Assembly (NCBI GenBank): GCA_965208675.1 | Contig: OZ242351.1 | Coordinates: 1,888,001-1,952,000 of the forward strand | Direction of reading: 5' to 3' | Origin: Candidatus Poribacteria bacterium | GTDB lineage: Bacteria > Poribacteria > WGA-4E > PCPOR2b | DNA length: 64,000 bases | In this document: one piece after another, positions 48,825 through 57,540 of the stretch | How the letters are laid out: each line of letters begins with the position of its first letter | How positions within the stretch are numbered: the first letter of the stretch is position 1 | The notes under the pieces: generated by a model | The model's database searches: none | Seen by the model: the letters and a program-made list of their open reading frames with translations, nothing else | What the model was told of the DNA's origin: nothing | Position numbers and translations under genes: made by a program

Positions 48825-51800
48825 ATGACTGGACTGAATACGTTAATGGCCATCAGTCTTCTCGGCGGCATTGCCTTCGCACAGACGCCGCAGCCTATTG
48901 ACCCGATGGAAGAGGATGTCACTCAAGGTGCGTTGCGCGTCAATACCGACGAGGGAATCGTTGAATGCCCGCTGAAACACACGGATGTCAGTGCGAGCAT
49001 CTCCGGCTTCATTGCCCGCGTGACAGTGACCCAAACGTTCGACAACCCGTTCGACGAAAATATTGAGGCAGCTTATGTGTTCCCGCTGCCGCATACCGCC
49101 GCCGTGGATGATATGACAATGGTCATCGGCGAGCGGCGGATAGTGGGAATAATCAAGCGTCGGGATGAAGCGCGCGCTATGTATGACCAGGCAGTCAAAC
49201 GGGGATCGACAGCAAGCCTGCTAGAACAGGAACGCCCTAATATCTTTACCCAGTCGGTCGGCAACATTAAGCCCGGCAAAGAAATCCACATCGAAATTTC
49301 TTATGTTGATGTGCTCAACTACGACATGGGAACTTACGAATTTCATTTCCCGATGGTGGTCGGTCCCCGTTTTATACCGGGTGCACCGATTTCCAAGAAA
49401 CCGGAGCTGCCGAGCGAACTGAAGGGCAAGGTTGGCGAAATAGAAGAATCGGAAACGCTTACAGAAGAGGGACACCCGTCCGGCACAGGTTGGTCGCCGG
49501 ACACGACGCGGGTGACAGACGCCTCGCGAATTACTCCGCCGACGCTCAAGCCGGGCTACCGCACCGGACATGATATTAGTCTTTCAGTGACACTCGAAGC
49601 GGGTGTGCCGATTGGGGACATAAAGATTGTCAATCATGAAGCGACGCTTAAGCGCATGGGAGCATCAAGCGCCACGGCGGAAATTTCGCCTTCGGATTCA
49701 ATTCCAAATAAAGATTTTGTGATGAAATACACTGTCGCCGGTGAAAAGTCGGAGATGGCTGTTTTGGCGCACTCGAAAGGCACTGACCAAGGCTATTTCA
49801 TGCTCATGATCCAGCCAAAACTCCACGCCGAACTCGCCCAAGCACCCCCGCGCGACCTGGTTTTTCTCGTTGATGCCTCAGGTTCGATGAGCGGCGAACC
49901 TTTGGATAAAGTGAAAGAAGCGATGCGCCACTTTTTCCGCCTGAGTAAGCCGAACGACACTGTGCAGGTCATCACCTTTGCCAACCGCGCTGAGAATTTG
50001 TTTGAAAAACCGGTACCGGCGACTCAAGACAACGTCAAACGCGCCTTGAAGTTCACACAGCAGATTCAAGCTAGTGGCGGAACGGAGATGCTCACGGGTA
50101 TACAAAAAGTGCTCAACGAACCGGCGGACTCAGAACGGGTGCGTATCGTCGTGATGCTCACGGATGGCCAAATCGGCAATGAGGCGGAGATAATTGAAGA
50201 GGTTGGAAAGCACGCCGGAGACCAGATTCGGTTTTGGACAATCGGCATCGGCTCGTCCCCCAACCGGTTCTTAATTGATGGCGTGGCGAAACAGGGCGGC
50301 GGAATGTCAGGCGTACTTGAACTCAACACCGATCCAAAGGAACTGGTTTCACGGATTGTTCACCGAATCCATCGTGCACAACTCGCGAACATTCGGATCG
50401 ATTGGAACGATCTGTCCGTCTACGAAGTCTTTCCACGCCGCATCCCTGAATTGTGGACAGGAAGCCCGGTCATTTTATTTGGACGTTATGCGAATGGCGG
50501 AAAGACACAACTTGAGTTATCAGGCGCCGCGGAGGGAAAACCGCTCTCTTATTCGCTCGACGTAACGCTTCCGAATGTGAATCCCGAGCACGGCGTTCTC
50601 TCCACTGTGTGGGCGCGGAAGAAGATTGAGGACATCTCAGCGCAGATGTACTATGCCGACACCCCCGAAGTCAGAGAAGAAATTAAGCAGGTAGCGATTA
50701 CTTATCGGCTGATGAGCCAATACACGAGTTTCGTCGCAGTTGATGAAAGCGAAGTGCAGCTCGCGAGTGCGCAGGCGAAACCGCCCCGGCAGGTGGCTGT
50801 TCCTGTGCCAATACCAGCAGGAGTTGATTTTGAAGGCGTCTTTGGTAACAGACACAGTGTACGAATCGAAGTTGATGATGATTTTGACTTGGTAAATCGC
50901 AAAGTTCTTCGTAAACCTAAACCGTCCGCTCCAATGAGGGTATCTTCATCCGACACTACAATGGTTTCAAATCAAGCACACCGGATGAATTATTCCGCAC
51001 AACCAAACCGTCGGTCAGTAGTGAGGAGGAAAATTTTACGACAGGTAAAGCCTACTTTACCTACAAGTGCACTTAAAAGCGAGGAGCCACGGGGACTTGC
51101 TATGATGAAATCCACGATTGGCGAAACAAGCAAATTTCAGCAAGAAGCTCAAATCCCTACGCTGCGGTCAAGTGACACCTTGTATGAACGACCTCGCCTC
51201 CGTAGCGACGGTATTCAAGGCATTGCACGTGCCCTTTTCGCTCAGTGGGCGATGCAAAGGCACGAAGGGGTACAAGAGGCATTTGCGGAGGCAGAAGAAC
51301 TCCGTAAACGCGGCAAACTTGAAGCGGCACGACTCCGTTACCAGCACGTGTTGGGGTTGCTAGCAGGCATTGAGGATGAGGATGAAATATACCCCGCCGC
51401 TACCAAAGCCATTTTTTCAATAACGGAAGAGATTGGCCGGAATCGTGCCGGAACCCATTCGCGATTGAACCGAAAACTCGACCTCGTTATTCGACATCAG
51501 CCGCTCGGCAATGCAATCTGCACGGTTGCCAAAGCGAGTGGATTCGAACTTGACCTCATTGTCGGCAGCCTCGAAGATGTCGGAGAGTTGCTGAATTCGA
51601 CGGAACTTCGAGTGACGTATCTGGACTTACGCAATGCCACAGTGATTCAAGCGCTTGATTGGCTGCTCGCACCGTACCATCTAACATGGCAAATGAAAGG
51701 CGCGGACACCATTACAGTCGGCACATCGCGGCGTTTACAGACGCCCTCAGCATGGGGATACGAAGTTGCAGATCTCGCAATACCTTCGGAAAAAGAATTT

Positions 51801-52802
51801 AAGAAATTCAAGTCCGAGGAGGACGTTGAGAACGCGCTAAGCGTTTTCCTTCAAGGAGTCAGAATTGCCATCGACCAGAAGGACGATTCGGGACTCAAGC
51901 CGGGGTCCGCGGTGTTGATTGACTCTTCGCGATTACTCGTCTACGGCGAGCCGCACATTCACGCGAAAGTAAAGATGTTGCTCAAAGCGTTGCGCGACAA
52001 TCAACTTGACATCATGGGGACGGCTGCGCGAAACCTCTCAAACAAGGAGCGCGCATCACTGAAAGCCCTGCAGCAACTAACGGCGAAACGTTGGGAAATG
52101 GGGGCTAAGGATCGAGAAGAAGCGGCAGTAAAAGGTGCGCGTGAGCACGTTGAAAACTGCATGGACGACACGCCTTGGCAGTTGCTTGCTGAAGCGGTTC
52201 GGAGTAGTGTTGACCTTGAAGCACTCACCATACTCCAATCTGCATGGGACAATCCGCGCATCGGAGAGATAGATTCGGAGCTTTTGGCTCGAGCTGCTTG
52301 GTGTATCGGCATGGCAGCGAGAGCAATTCCCGAGGATGCCGAACTCACAACTCTTGCTGAAAATTCCGTCTCCACGGTTAAGGCTATGAAATTGTGGAAG
52401 CCAAAGGATGATGTGGACTACGATGATCTCACGCCTTTATACGCGGCGTTGCTGCTTCGAGACGGAGGCGCACGAAACAGCCAAGTTGATGACGCGGTAA
52501 AGTCGCTAGTGAAGTCAGACGATAGTTCTTGGGATGGGACGACGCGCCTCATCGCCCAAGGTTGGCTTTCCGCTTCGCCGGAAGTAGATCGCATGTTATC
52601 GAATGCAATCGCGGCACATAAAATTAACGGCGACAATAACGTTCTTTTGACTAGCCTGCTTGCAAAACGCCGCGGCGGGCAGTTGTGGCAGACCTTCCGC
52701 GAGGAGATGCCAAACATCGTTGGAAAACAGCGGTTGAACGGTCATTTAGTGGTTCTCGTCAATCGGCTAGAGGCAGGGCCGTTGGCATTTATGTCGAAAT
52801 GA
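48825..52802 (+). CDS. Secreted VIT + VWA domain protein with long C-terminal extension
   Basis: PLKHTDV..EAAYVFPLP..LLEQERPNIF (VIT), DASGS MIDAS, GGTEM, LTDG, MSQYTSFVAVD. Confidence 0.9.
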   Translation: MTGLNTLMAISLLGGIAFAQTPQPIDPMEEDVTQGALRVNTDEGIVECPLKHTDVSASISGFIARVTVTQTFDNPFDENIEAAYVFPLPHTAAVDDMTMVIGERRIVGIIKRRDEARAMYDQAVKRGSTASLLEQERPNIFTQSVGNIKPGKEIHIEISYVDVLNYDMGTYEFHFPMVVGPRFIPGAPISKKPELPSELKGKVGEIEESETLTEEGHPSGTGWSPDTTRVTDASRITPPTLKPGYRTGHDISLSVTLEAGVPIGDIKIVNHEATLKRMGASSATAEISPSDSIPNKDFVMKYTVAGEKSEMAVLAHSKGTDQGYFMLMIQPKLHAELAQAPPRDLVFLVDASGSMSGEPLDKVKEAMRHFFRLSKPNDTVQVITFANRAENLFEKPVPATQDNVKRALKFTQQIQASGGTEMLTGIQKVLNEPADSERVRIVVMLTDGQIGNEAEIIEEVGKHAGDQIRFWTIGIGSSPNRFLIDGVAKQGGGMSGVLELNTDPKELVSRIVHRIHRAQLANIRIDWNDLSVYEVFPRRIPELWTGSPVILFGRYANGGKTQLELSGAAEGKPLSYSLDVTLPNVNPEHGVLSTVWARKKIEDISAQMYYADTPEVREEIKQVAITYRLMSQYTSFVAVDESEVQLASAQAKPPRQVAVPVPIPAGVDFEGVFGNRHSVRIEVDDDFDLVNRKVLRKPKPSAPMRVSSSDTTMVSNQAHRMNYSAQPNRRSVVRRKILRQVKPTLPTSALKSEEPRGLAMMKSTIGETSKFQQEAQIPTLRSSDTLYERPRLRSDGIQGIARALFAQWAMQRHEGVQEAFAEAEELRKRGKLEAARLRYQHVLGLLAGIEDEDEIYPAATKAIFSITEEIGRNRAGTHSRLNRKLDLVIRHQPLGNAICTVAKASGFELDLIVGSLEDVGELLNSTELRVTYLDLRNATVIQALDWLLAPYHLTWQMKGADTITVGTSRRLQTPSAWGYEVADLAIPSEKEFKKFKSEEDVENALSVFLQGVRIAIDQKDDSGLKPGSAVLIDSSRLLVYGEPHIHAKVKMLLKALRDNQLDIMGTAARNLSNKERASLKALQQLTAKRWEMGAKDREEAAVKGAREHVENCMDDTPWQLLAEAVRSSVDLEALTILQSAWDNPRIGEIDSELLARAAWCIGMAARAIPEDAELTTLAENSVSTVKAMKLWKPKDDVDYDDLTPLYAALLLRDGGARNSQVDDAVKSLVKSDDSSWDGTTRLIAQGWLSASPEVDRMLSNAIAAHKINGDNNVLLTSLLAKRRGGQLWQTFREEMPNIVGKQRLNGHLVVLVNRLEAGPLAFMSK

Positions 52803-52894
52803 CTGAACTATTGGATTGGACTGGTTCTGAATTTCGAAAATTTTGCACTTACCTAGGATGCCATCCTTGAAGTGTGAGTGCTCAATGCAAATGG

Positions 52895-52930
52895 AAAAGC
52901 CCTGCTGGGGAATTCAACAGGGCTTTTTCT
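52895..52930 (+). terminator. Probable bidirectional intrinsic terminator
   Basis: AAAAGCCCTG...CAGGGCTTTTT. Confidence 0.65.
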
Positions 52931-52985
52931 AATGCATTGCGAATTGTAACCCAGCATAACCGTTCTCACATCAAAAGGACTTGTC

Positions 52986-53408
52986 GTGAAAAGAACCCGC
53001 TCCCAAATGCCGCAACAGATCTTGCCGTTAGTCGTCTTACTCAGCCTATCGCACTGCATCGGTTGCATGAACGTCATTGACAAAATCCTTGACGGCGGAG
53101 ATGAGGGATGGACTATTGTCGATATGCCTGTCAGAGATGTTTCGGTGCGTGTCGCTGAGAGTCAACCCGTCCAAGTCACCGTTGAGGTTATCGGGTACCT
53201 GCCGGACGGTTGTACAACGCGTCATGAGACGCATCACTCAAGGGAAGGGAACACTGTTACCATTCGGATGACAATGAAACGCAGTGAGGATAAGATATGC
53301 ACGAAGGTCGTGACAGATATTCGAGAGCAAATTTATATCGGGACGTTTGCGCCCGGCAATTACCACCTCATCGTTAACGGCGTGAAAAAGAAATTCCGCA
53401 TTGACTAA
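52986..53408 (+). CDS. Hypothetical lipoprotein, beta-sandwich with a Cys pair
   Basis: Signal ending CIGC; GYLPDGC...ICT...PGNYHLIVNG. Confidence 0.7.
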   Translation: MKRTRSQMPQQILPLVVLLSLSHCIGCMNVIDKILDGGDEGWTIVDMPVRDVSVRVAESQPVQVTVEVIGYLPDGCTTRHETHHSREGNTVTIRMTMKRSEDKICTKVVTDIREQIYIGTFAPGNYHLIVNGVKKKFRID

Positions 53409-53445
53409 TCTTGCGCCTTCCCAGCTCTACTTGTCCTACCTAAAA

Positions 53446-56040
53446 CTAAAACAACGTCCGATATAGAACCTTGATGTTACGCCCCGGCTCCGGCATCACC
53501 GATTTAATTCTCGATAGGTGTTGACGGTATTCAGTATTGAATATATTCTCGACAGTGGTTACCAACTGATGTTGAAGATGCCACATTGAGAACACTACCT
53601 GCAAACCGGCGTCGTACACGAGGTACCCATCTGTCTTTTCTTCAAATTCGCCGAGCCGCTGCTGGTCATCCGAAAACCGCGCTGTCAAATGCAAATTTAA
53701 CGGTAGGGTAACGTATCGCAATGCCACTCGTCCGTTGAGCGGCGGGATGCGTTCGAGCGGCAACCCGCTTGCCGCCAATGACCCTTTGACGTAACTCAAG
53801 TGCGACTCTACATGAATTCGCGGGAAAATTGCGCCGCCAATACCGATCTCGGCGCCGTCGAGGATAGCGTCTTGCCCCTGGTATTGATATATCCACAGCC
53901 ATCCCGCTGCGCCGCTACCCCATTCCTTTTCCCCGGTTTGGGTCGGACTCAGATAGCCGTAAATCTGGTTGCGAAAAACGGCGAGATTGAGCTTCATTCG
54001 GTTGCCTGAATAACGCAGAAATGCCTCCGTACCGAAGCCATCCTCCGAACCGAGTTCAGCGTTGCCGATTTCATATGAAAATACTGCGAGATGCGGACCG
54101 TCTGAAAAGAGCTCTTCGATTCCCGGCGTGCGGAATGTCCTCATGAAGGTGGCGCCCAACCCCAAGTTTTCGTTCCATTGATAGATGCTTGAGACAGCGC
54201 CAGACACGCCTCCGAAGTCACGCCGCTCGACCTTTCCTGCACGTATTTCAACACCGTCGACAAACGGCTCAACCCTTTTGGTGTCGTAACGAAGCGCTGC
54301 CTGTAGCGTGAAGTCGTTGTATCGTTTCTGTTTGAAAAAGAACCCCGCCAAAGATATCTCCCGCGTGTGGGGTGTCCAGTAAAACCCACCCGTCGCATGG
54401 TCGCGATACTCGGTCCAGATCCCTGCAACTGCATCGCCGCGCAAGTGCAGCAGTGCGGTTGTGTTGTACGTCAACAAACCGAACTCCACGCCGAGCGTAT
54501 TGTTGGACTCATACTCTTGATGTTGATAGCGCGCATAGGTCGAATACAGCTTAACTTTTTCGAGAAACGATTCCTCAAACGCGTATTCCAGATTGCCCTC
54601 ATACCGTTGGCGATCGAGGTCAATCGTAACGCCATTGATGTGGCCTTCGGGCGAGCCGGGGATTCCATAGTCTGAACGGTAGCGACCGCCTGAAAGCCCA
54701 ATGTGCCCCCAATCTTTTACCACTGAAGCACCCGTTGAAAAATTGGTGTTTGATAATGAGGTGTTTTCTAGTATACCGACCGGTGTGTGAATATCGCCGG
54801 CGCGGCGGCGGTTCAGCTCTAACCGCCACGCGAGGTTGCCGACCGGAATCGTCACTCCTGTTGTCCCGGTCAGCCCTGAGTTGACCGATTCACTCTGAAA
54901 CGTGAAGTTCATCGTCGGCTGGTTGGGGAGAGTTTGCGGGATGGTCTCGCGTTTGACATTGACGACGCCTCCGAGTGTGCTTGAACCGTAAAGCAGCGAC
55001 GCCGGACCGCGCGTGATTTCAATCCTTGCCGCCGTAGTTGGGTCAATCGCAACCGCATGGTCAGCAGACGATGCCGATTTATCGCCTGAACGTCCGCCGT
55101 CTTCTAGGATAAGCAGACGGCCGCCTCCCATGCCTCGAACGACCGGACGTGCTGCCGATCGCCCCATCGTCCGCTGGGCGATACCCAACTCTCCACTAAG
55201 GGTCTCGGCAATCGTTGCGCCCATTTGTTGATTTAGTTTCTTATCGGAGAGTTTGAGGTCGGTTGTTTTCTCAAACTTAGCGAGTTCGTCATCGTCAGGT
55301 GTGACAATGATTTCACCGAGTTGGACTGTGCTGGGCTTTAATTTTACGTCCAGCATTATCGGATCCGCATTGACAGCAATTTTCTGATTTAATACTTCAT
55401 AGCCAACGCACATGAATTGCAGCGCATGTGTTCCCAACACAATTTGACCAAACTGAAACCGCCCAGTTTCATCAGTTCGAGACTGAATAGTCCTCCCCGC
55501 AGCAACAAGCGTAACCTCGACTTCAGCGATTGGATTCTCTGTCTCCGCATCAATCACTTCTCCTGAAACGGAAACGGTGCGGGACAGCGAAACTGCGTCT
55601 GCGCCATGCGTAAAAAGTATGGCAAGCAGGGAAAATATGACGAGTTTAGATTGAGTGAATTCTTCAACAATTCGATGGCAGAGGCGGTGATTGATTAGGT
55701 GAACAACGGCGAGCAGAAGTCCGCCCAAAGCCATAAAAATGACCTCGGTTCCCTCTGAAGCGTAAAATCGTGCGATAAAGATTAGAAATAATGCACTACC
55801 GAGCATTAGAAACACTCGCCATTTTCGGTGGTTTCTATAGCCCCATGTGAAACTGCCCACAGCAACTCCCACTGCGCCGAATACCAACGCCAACTCCGCT
55901 GACTCGCTGACAATAAACCCAAGCCCAATCAGCGGCAATACGGTCATCAAGAGCTGGGCTGCCATACAGTGGACGGCACAAGCAAACGATAAGCATGCGC
56001 CTACATTGTCCACGACTGCGTGATTCAGATATCTATTCAA
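53446..56040 (-). CDS. MerC-domain / TonB-dependent receptor fusion (ZnuD-like receptor)
   Basis: aa 1-123 D..G..LS..CAVHC...GYRNH...HLIN (MerC-like); carboxypeptidase-regulatory-like domain; RPVVRGMGG, DHAV and RGPASLLYGS plug; MPEPGRN and terminal Phe. TTG start with AGGAG RBS. Confidence 0.9.
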   Translation of the reverse strand: MNRYLNHAVVDNVGACLSFACAVHCMAAQLLMTVLPLIGLGFIVSESAELALVFGAVGVAVGSFTWGYRNHRKWRVFLMLGSALFLIFIARFYASEGTEVIFMALGGLLLAVVHLINHRLCHRIVEEFTQSKLVIFSLLAILFTHGADAVSLSRTVSVSGEVIDAETENPIAEVEVTLVAAGRTIQSRTDETGRFQFGQIVLGTHALQFMCVGYEVLNQKIAVNADPIMLDVKLKPSTVQLGEIIVTPDDDELAKFEKTTDLKLSDKKLNQQMGATIAETLSGELGIAQRTMGRSAARPVVRGMGGGRLLILEDGGRSGDKSASSADHAVAIDPTTAARIEITRGPASLLYGSSTLGGVVNVKRETIPQTLPNQPTMNFTFQSESVNSGLTGTTGVTIPVGNLAWRLELNRRRAGDIHTPVGILENTSLSNTNFSTGASVVKDWGHIGLSGGRYRSDYGIPGSPEGHINGVTIDLDRQRYEGNLEYAFEESFLEKVKLYSTYARYQHQEYESNNTLGVEFGLLTYNTTALLHLRGDAVAGIWTEYRDHATGGFYWTPHTREISLAGFFFKQKRYNDFTLQAALRYDTKRVEPFVDGVEIRAGKVERRDFGGVSGAVSSIYQWNENLGLGATFMRTFRTPGIEELFSDGPHLAVFSYEIGNAELGSEDGFGTEAFLRYSGNRMKLNLAVFRNQIYGYLSPTQTGEKEWGSGAAGWLWIYQYQGQDAILDGAEIGIGGAIFPRIHVESHLSYVKGSLAASGLPLERIPPLNGRVALRYVTLPLNLHLTARFSDDQQRLGEFEEKTDGYLVYDAGLQVVFSMWHLQHQLVTTVENIFNTEYRQHLSRIKSVMPEPGRNIKVLYRTLF

Positions 56041-56095
56041 TTATTGGCTCCTAACGTCATTCGTTACTGTTACCGGTATCGGCTTTGCCGGTCCG

Positions 56096-56133
56096 GCGTG
56101 CCAAATCCGGATTCATCGTTGGATTTGGCACGC
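56096..56133. other. Perfect 13-bp intergenic hairpin
   Basis: GCGTGCCAAATCC-N12-GGATTTGGCACGC with no adjacent U-tract. Confidence 0.75.
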
Positions 56134-56157
56134 TGACAGGCAAACCAAAGTTTTCGG

Positions 56158-56817
56158 TTACGGCGTAACCGTCACGGGAATCAAGAGCGCCGCCGTGAAA
56201 TCGGGGTGGTCGCCGTGCATGAGTTGGAGCTTGATTTCCGTTTGACCGGCTTTAAGCCCCGCCACCTCAAAGGTGAATTGCTCGGCAAGCTCATCGCCGT
56301 GATCATCATGATCATCGTCCTCATCGTGATCGTCATGTTCGTCGTGTTCATCGTCCTCATCGTGATCGTCCTCATCGTGATCATCGTGATCATCATGATC
56401 GTCGTGATCGTCGTGATCGTCGTGGTAAAGGTGTACCTCAATGATAGATGAATCATATCCGCTGAGCGCTAAAGCAAACACCTCTTCCTCGCCATGTTCA
56501 TGGTCGTGGTCGTGGTCGTCTTCCTCTTCCTCTTCCGGATTCTCAGGAAAAAATTCATGGCTGTCGTGGTCAAGGAACGCCGTCAGTACGTCGAGTTCCT
56601 CTCCGACTTTGAGCGTGATACCTCCCGTGTGCGCCCCTTCAAATTGACGGTATATCTCGTTCCCGTCAACCTTGAGCACAAAACCGTCCGCATCGGCATG
56701 AAAGGGTTCATCGTCATGGCCATCTTCGACAATAGGATTGTCGTCTTCGCCGCAAGCAGCGAAAAGTGCAACAGATACGAGTAACAAAAACGTAAAACGT
56801 AAAACAGGTGTAAACAT
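56158..56817 (-). CDS. His/Asp-rich lipoprotein, putative metal scavenger
   Basis: GGAGG RBS before ATG 56817, lipobox FAAC, DHDHDHEH and (HDD)n tracts, LMHGDHPDF motif. Confidence 0.85.
   Translation of the reverse strand: MFTPVLRFTFLLLVSVALFAACGEDDNPIVEDGHDDEPFHADADGFVLKVDGNEIYRQFEGAHTGGITLKVGEELDVLTAFLDHDSHEFFPENPEEEEEDDHDHDHEHGEEEVFALALSGYDSSIIEVHLYHDDHDDHDDHDDHDDHDEDDHDEDDEHDEHDDHDEDDDHDDHGDELAEQFTFEVAGLKAGQTEIKLQLMHGDHPDFTAALLIPVTVTP
56295..56425. repeat. 9-bp-period low-complexity repeat encoding (HDD/HDE)n
   Basis: TCRTCRTGA units in tandem. Confidence 0.85.
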
Positions 56818-56976
56818 TATTACCTCCAGATATAGATAGGCTGTATTTCCCGGCATCACGACTGGTGATACCACGAAAAATAGGCAGACTACCGCCGAGA
56901 CTGTATACAACTCAGCCGGGAAAGACAGATAATGATATGGTCAAATAAAACAGAGATTATGAGAACAACGAGCAGT

Positions 56977-57285
56977 TTAAACGGGGATAGTCGGCGGGGC
57001 ACGACTCCGGACACCCTTGTCAAGAATCGTGGAAATGAAATGTAATTTGATGATGGGTCTGTGAATTGAGATGCAGGTATTAAGATTGTTGACGTCAACG
57101 GCTTTAAGCTCTATGCCGACGTGGTTGGCATTGAAGAAACAAGCGGAGCAGTGTTCTGAACAGCAATCGACGTGCTCATGGTCGTGGGTAAGTGCAACAA
57201 GGTTTACCGTTATCAGATAATAAACGATTCCAATCGCTATTACCCAAGCCACGCTGTTCGGATTTATTCTAATCTTCCGCAACAC
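56977..57285 (-). CDS. DUF2946-like leader protein with CxxC and C-terminal RAPP motif
   Basis: N-terminal hydrophobic helix, HDHEHVDCCSEHCSAC, ends GVRSRAPPTIPV; GAGG RBS. Confidence 0.82.
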   Translation of the reverse strand: MLRKIRINPNSVAWVIAIGIVYYLITVNLVALTHDHEHVDCCSEHCSACFFNANHVGIELKAVDVNNLNTCISIHRPIIKLHFISTILDKGVRSRAPPTIPV

Positions 57286-57331
57286 TCCTCACCTCATTCA
57301 AACGTCCAAAAATTCGCAAACACAAAGCAGT

Positions 57332-57361
57332 ATGCTATCACAAGCAGATTAGCATTGTCAA
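57332..57361 (-). promoter_or_regulatory. Promoter of the metal-uptake operon with overlapping dyad
   Basis: Minus strand TTGACA-N18-TAGCAT with TG extension; ATGCTA-N12-TAGCAT inverted repeat at 57332-57355. Confidence 0.55.
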
Positions 57362-57540
57362 ATTTATTTGTTTCAAAAATCGAACCCAGTGGGTATCATA
57401 CCCAGTTCATCACACTGATTGCGCTAATAAAATTGATGATAATTCCGACATCGGCAATAAAGTTCAGATTGAATGATTTCTGTCCTGTCTCTCCTAAAAA
57501 ACAGTACTATTTCCAATTTGGATTTAGCCTGCGCTTTGGC

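Noticed and set aside
56206-56784. Hydrophobic Ile/Val-rich plus-strand ORFs and Thr/Met-rich alternative-frame ORFs
   Set aside because: Shadows of the (HDD)n repeat in other frames.
57286-57540. Cobalamin riboswitch ahead of the TonB receptor operon
   Set aside because: No B12-box or conserved core seen, and the promoter lies only about 45 nt from the leader start.
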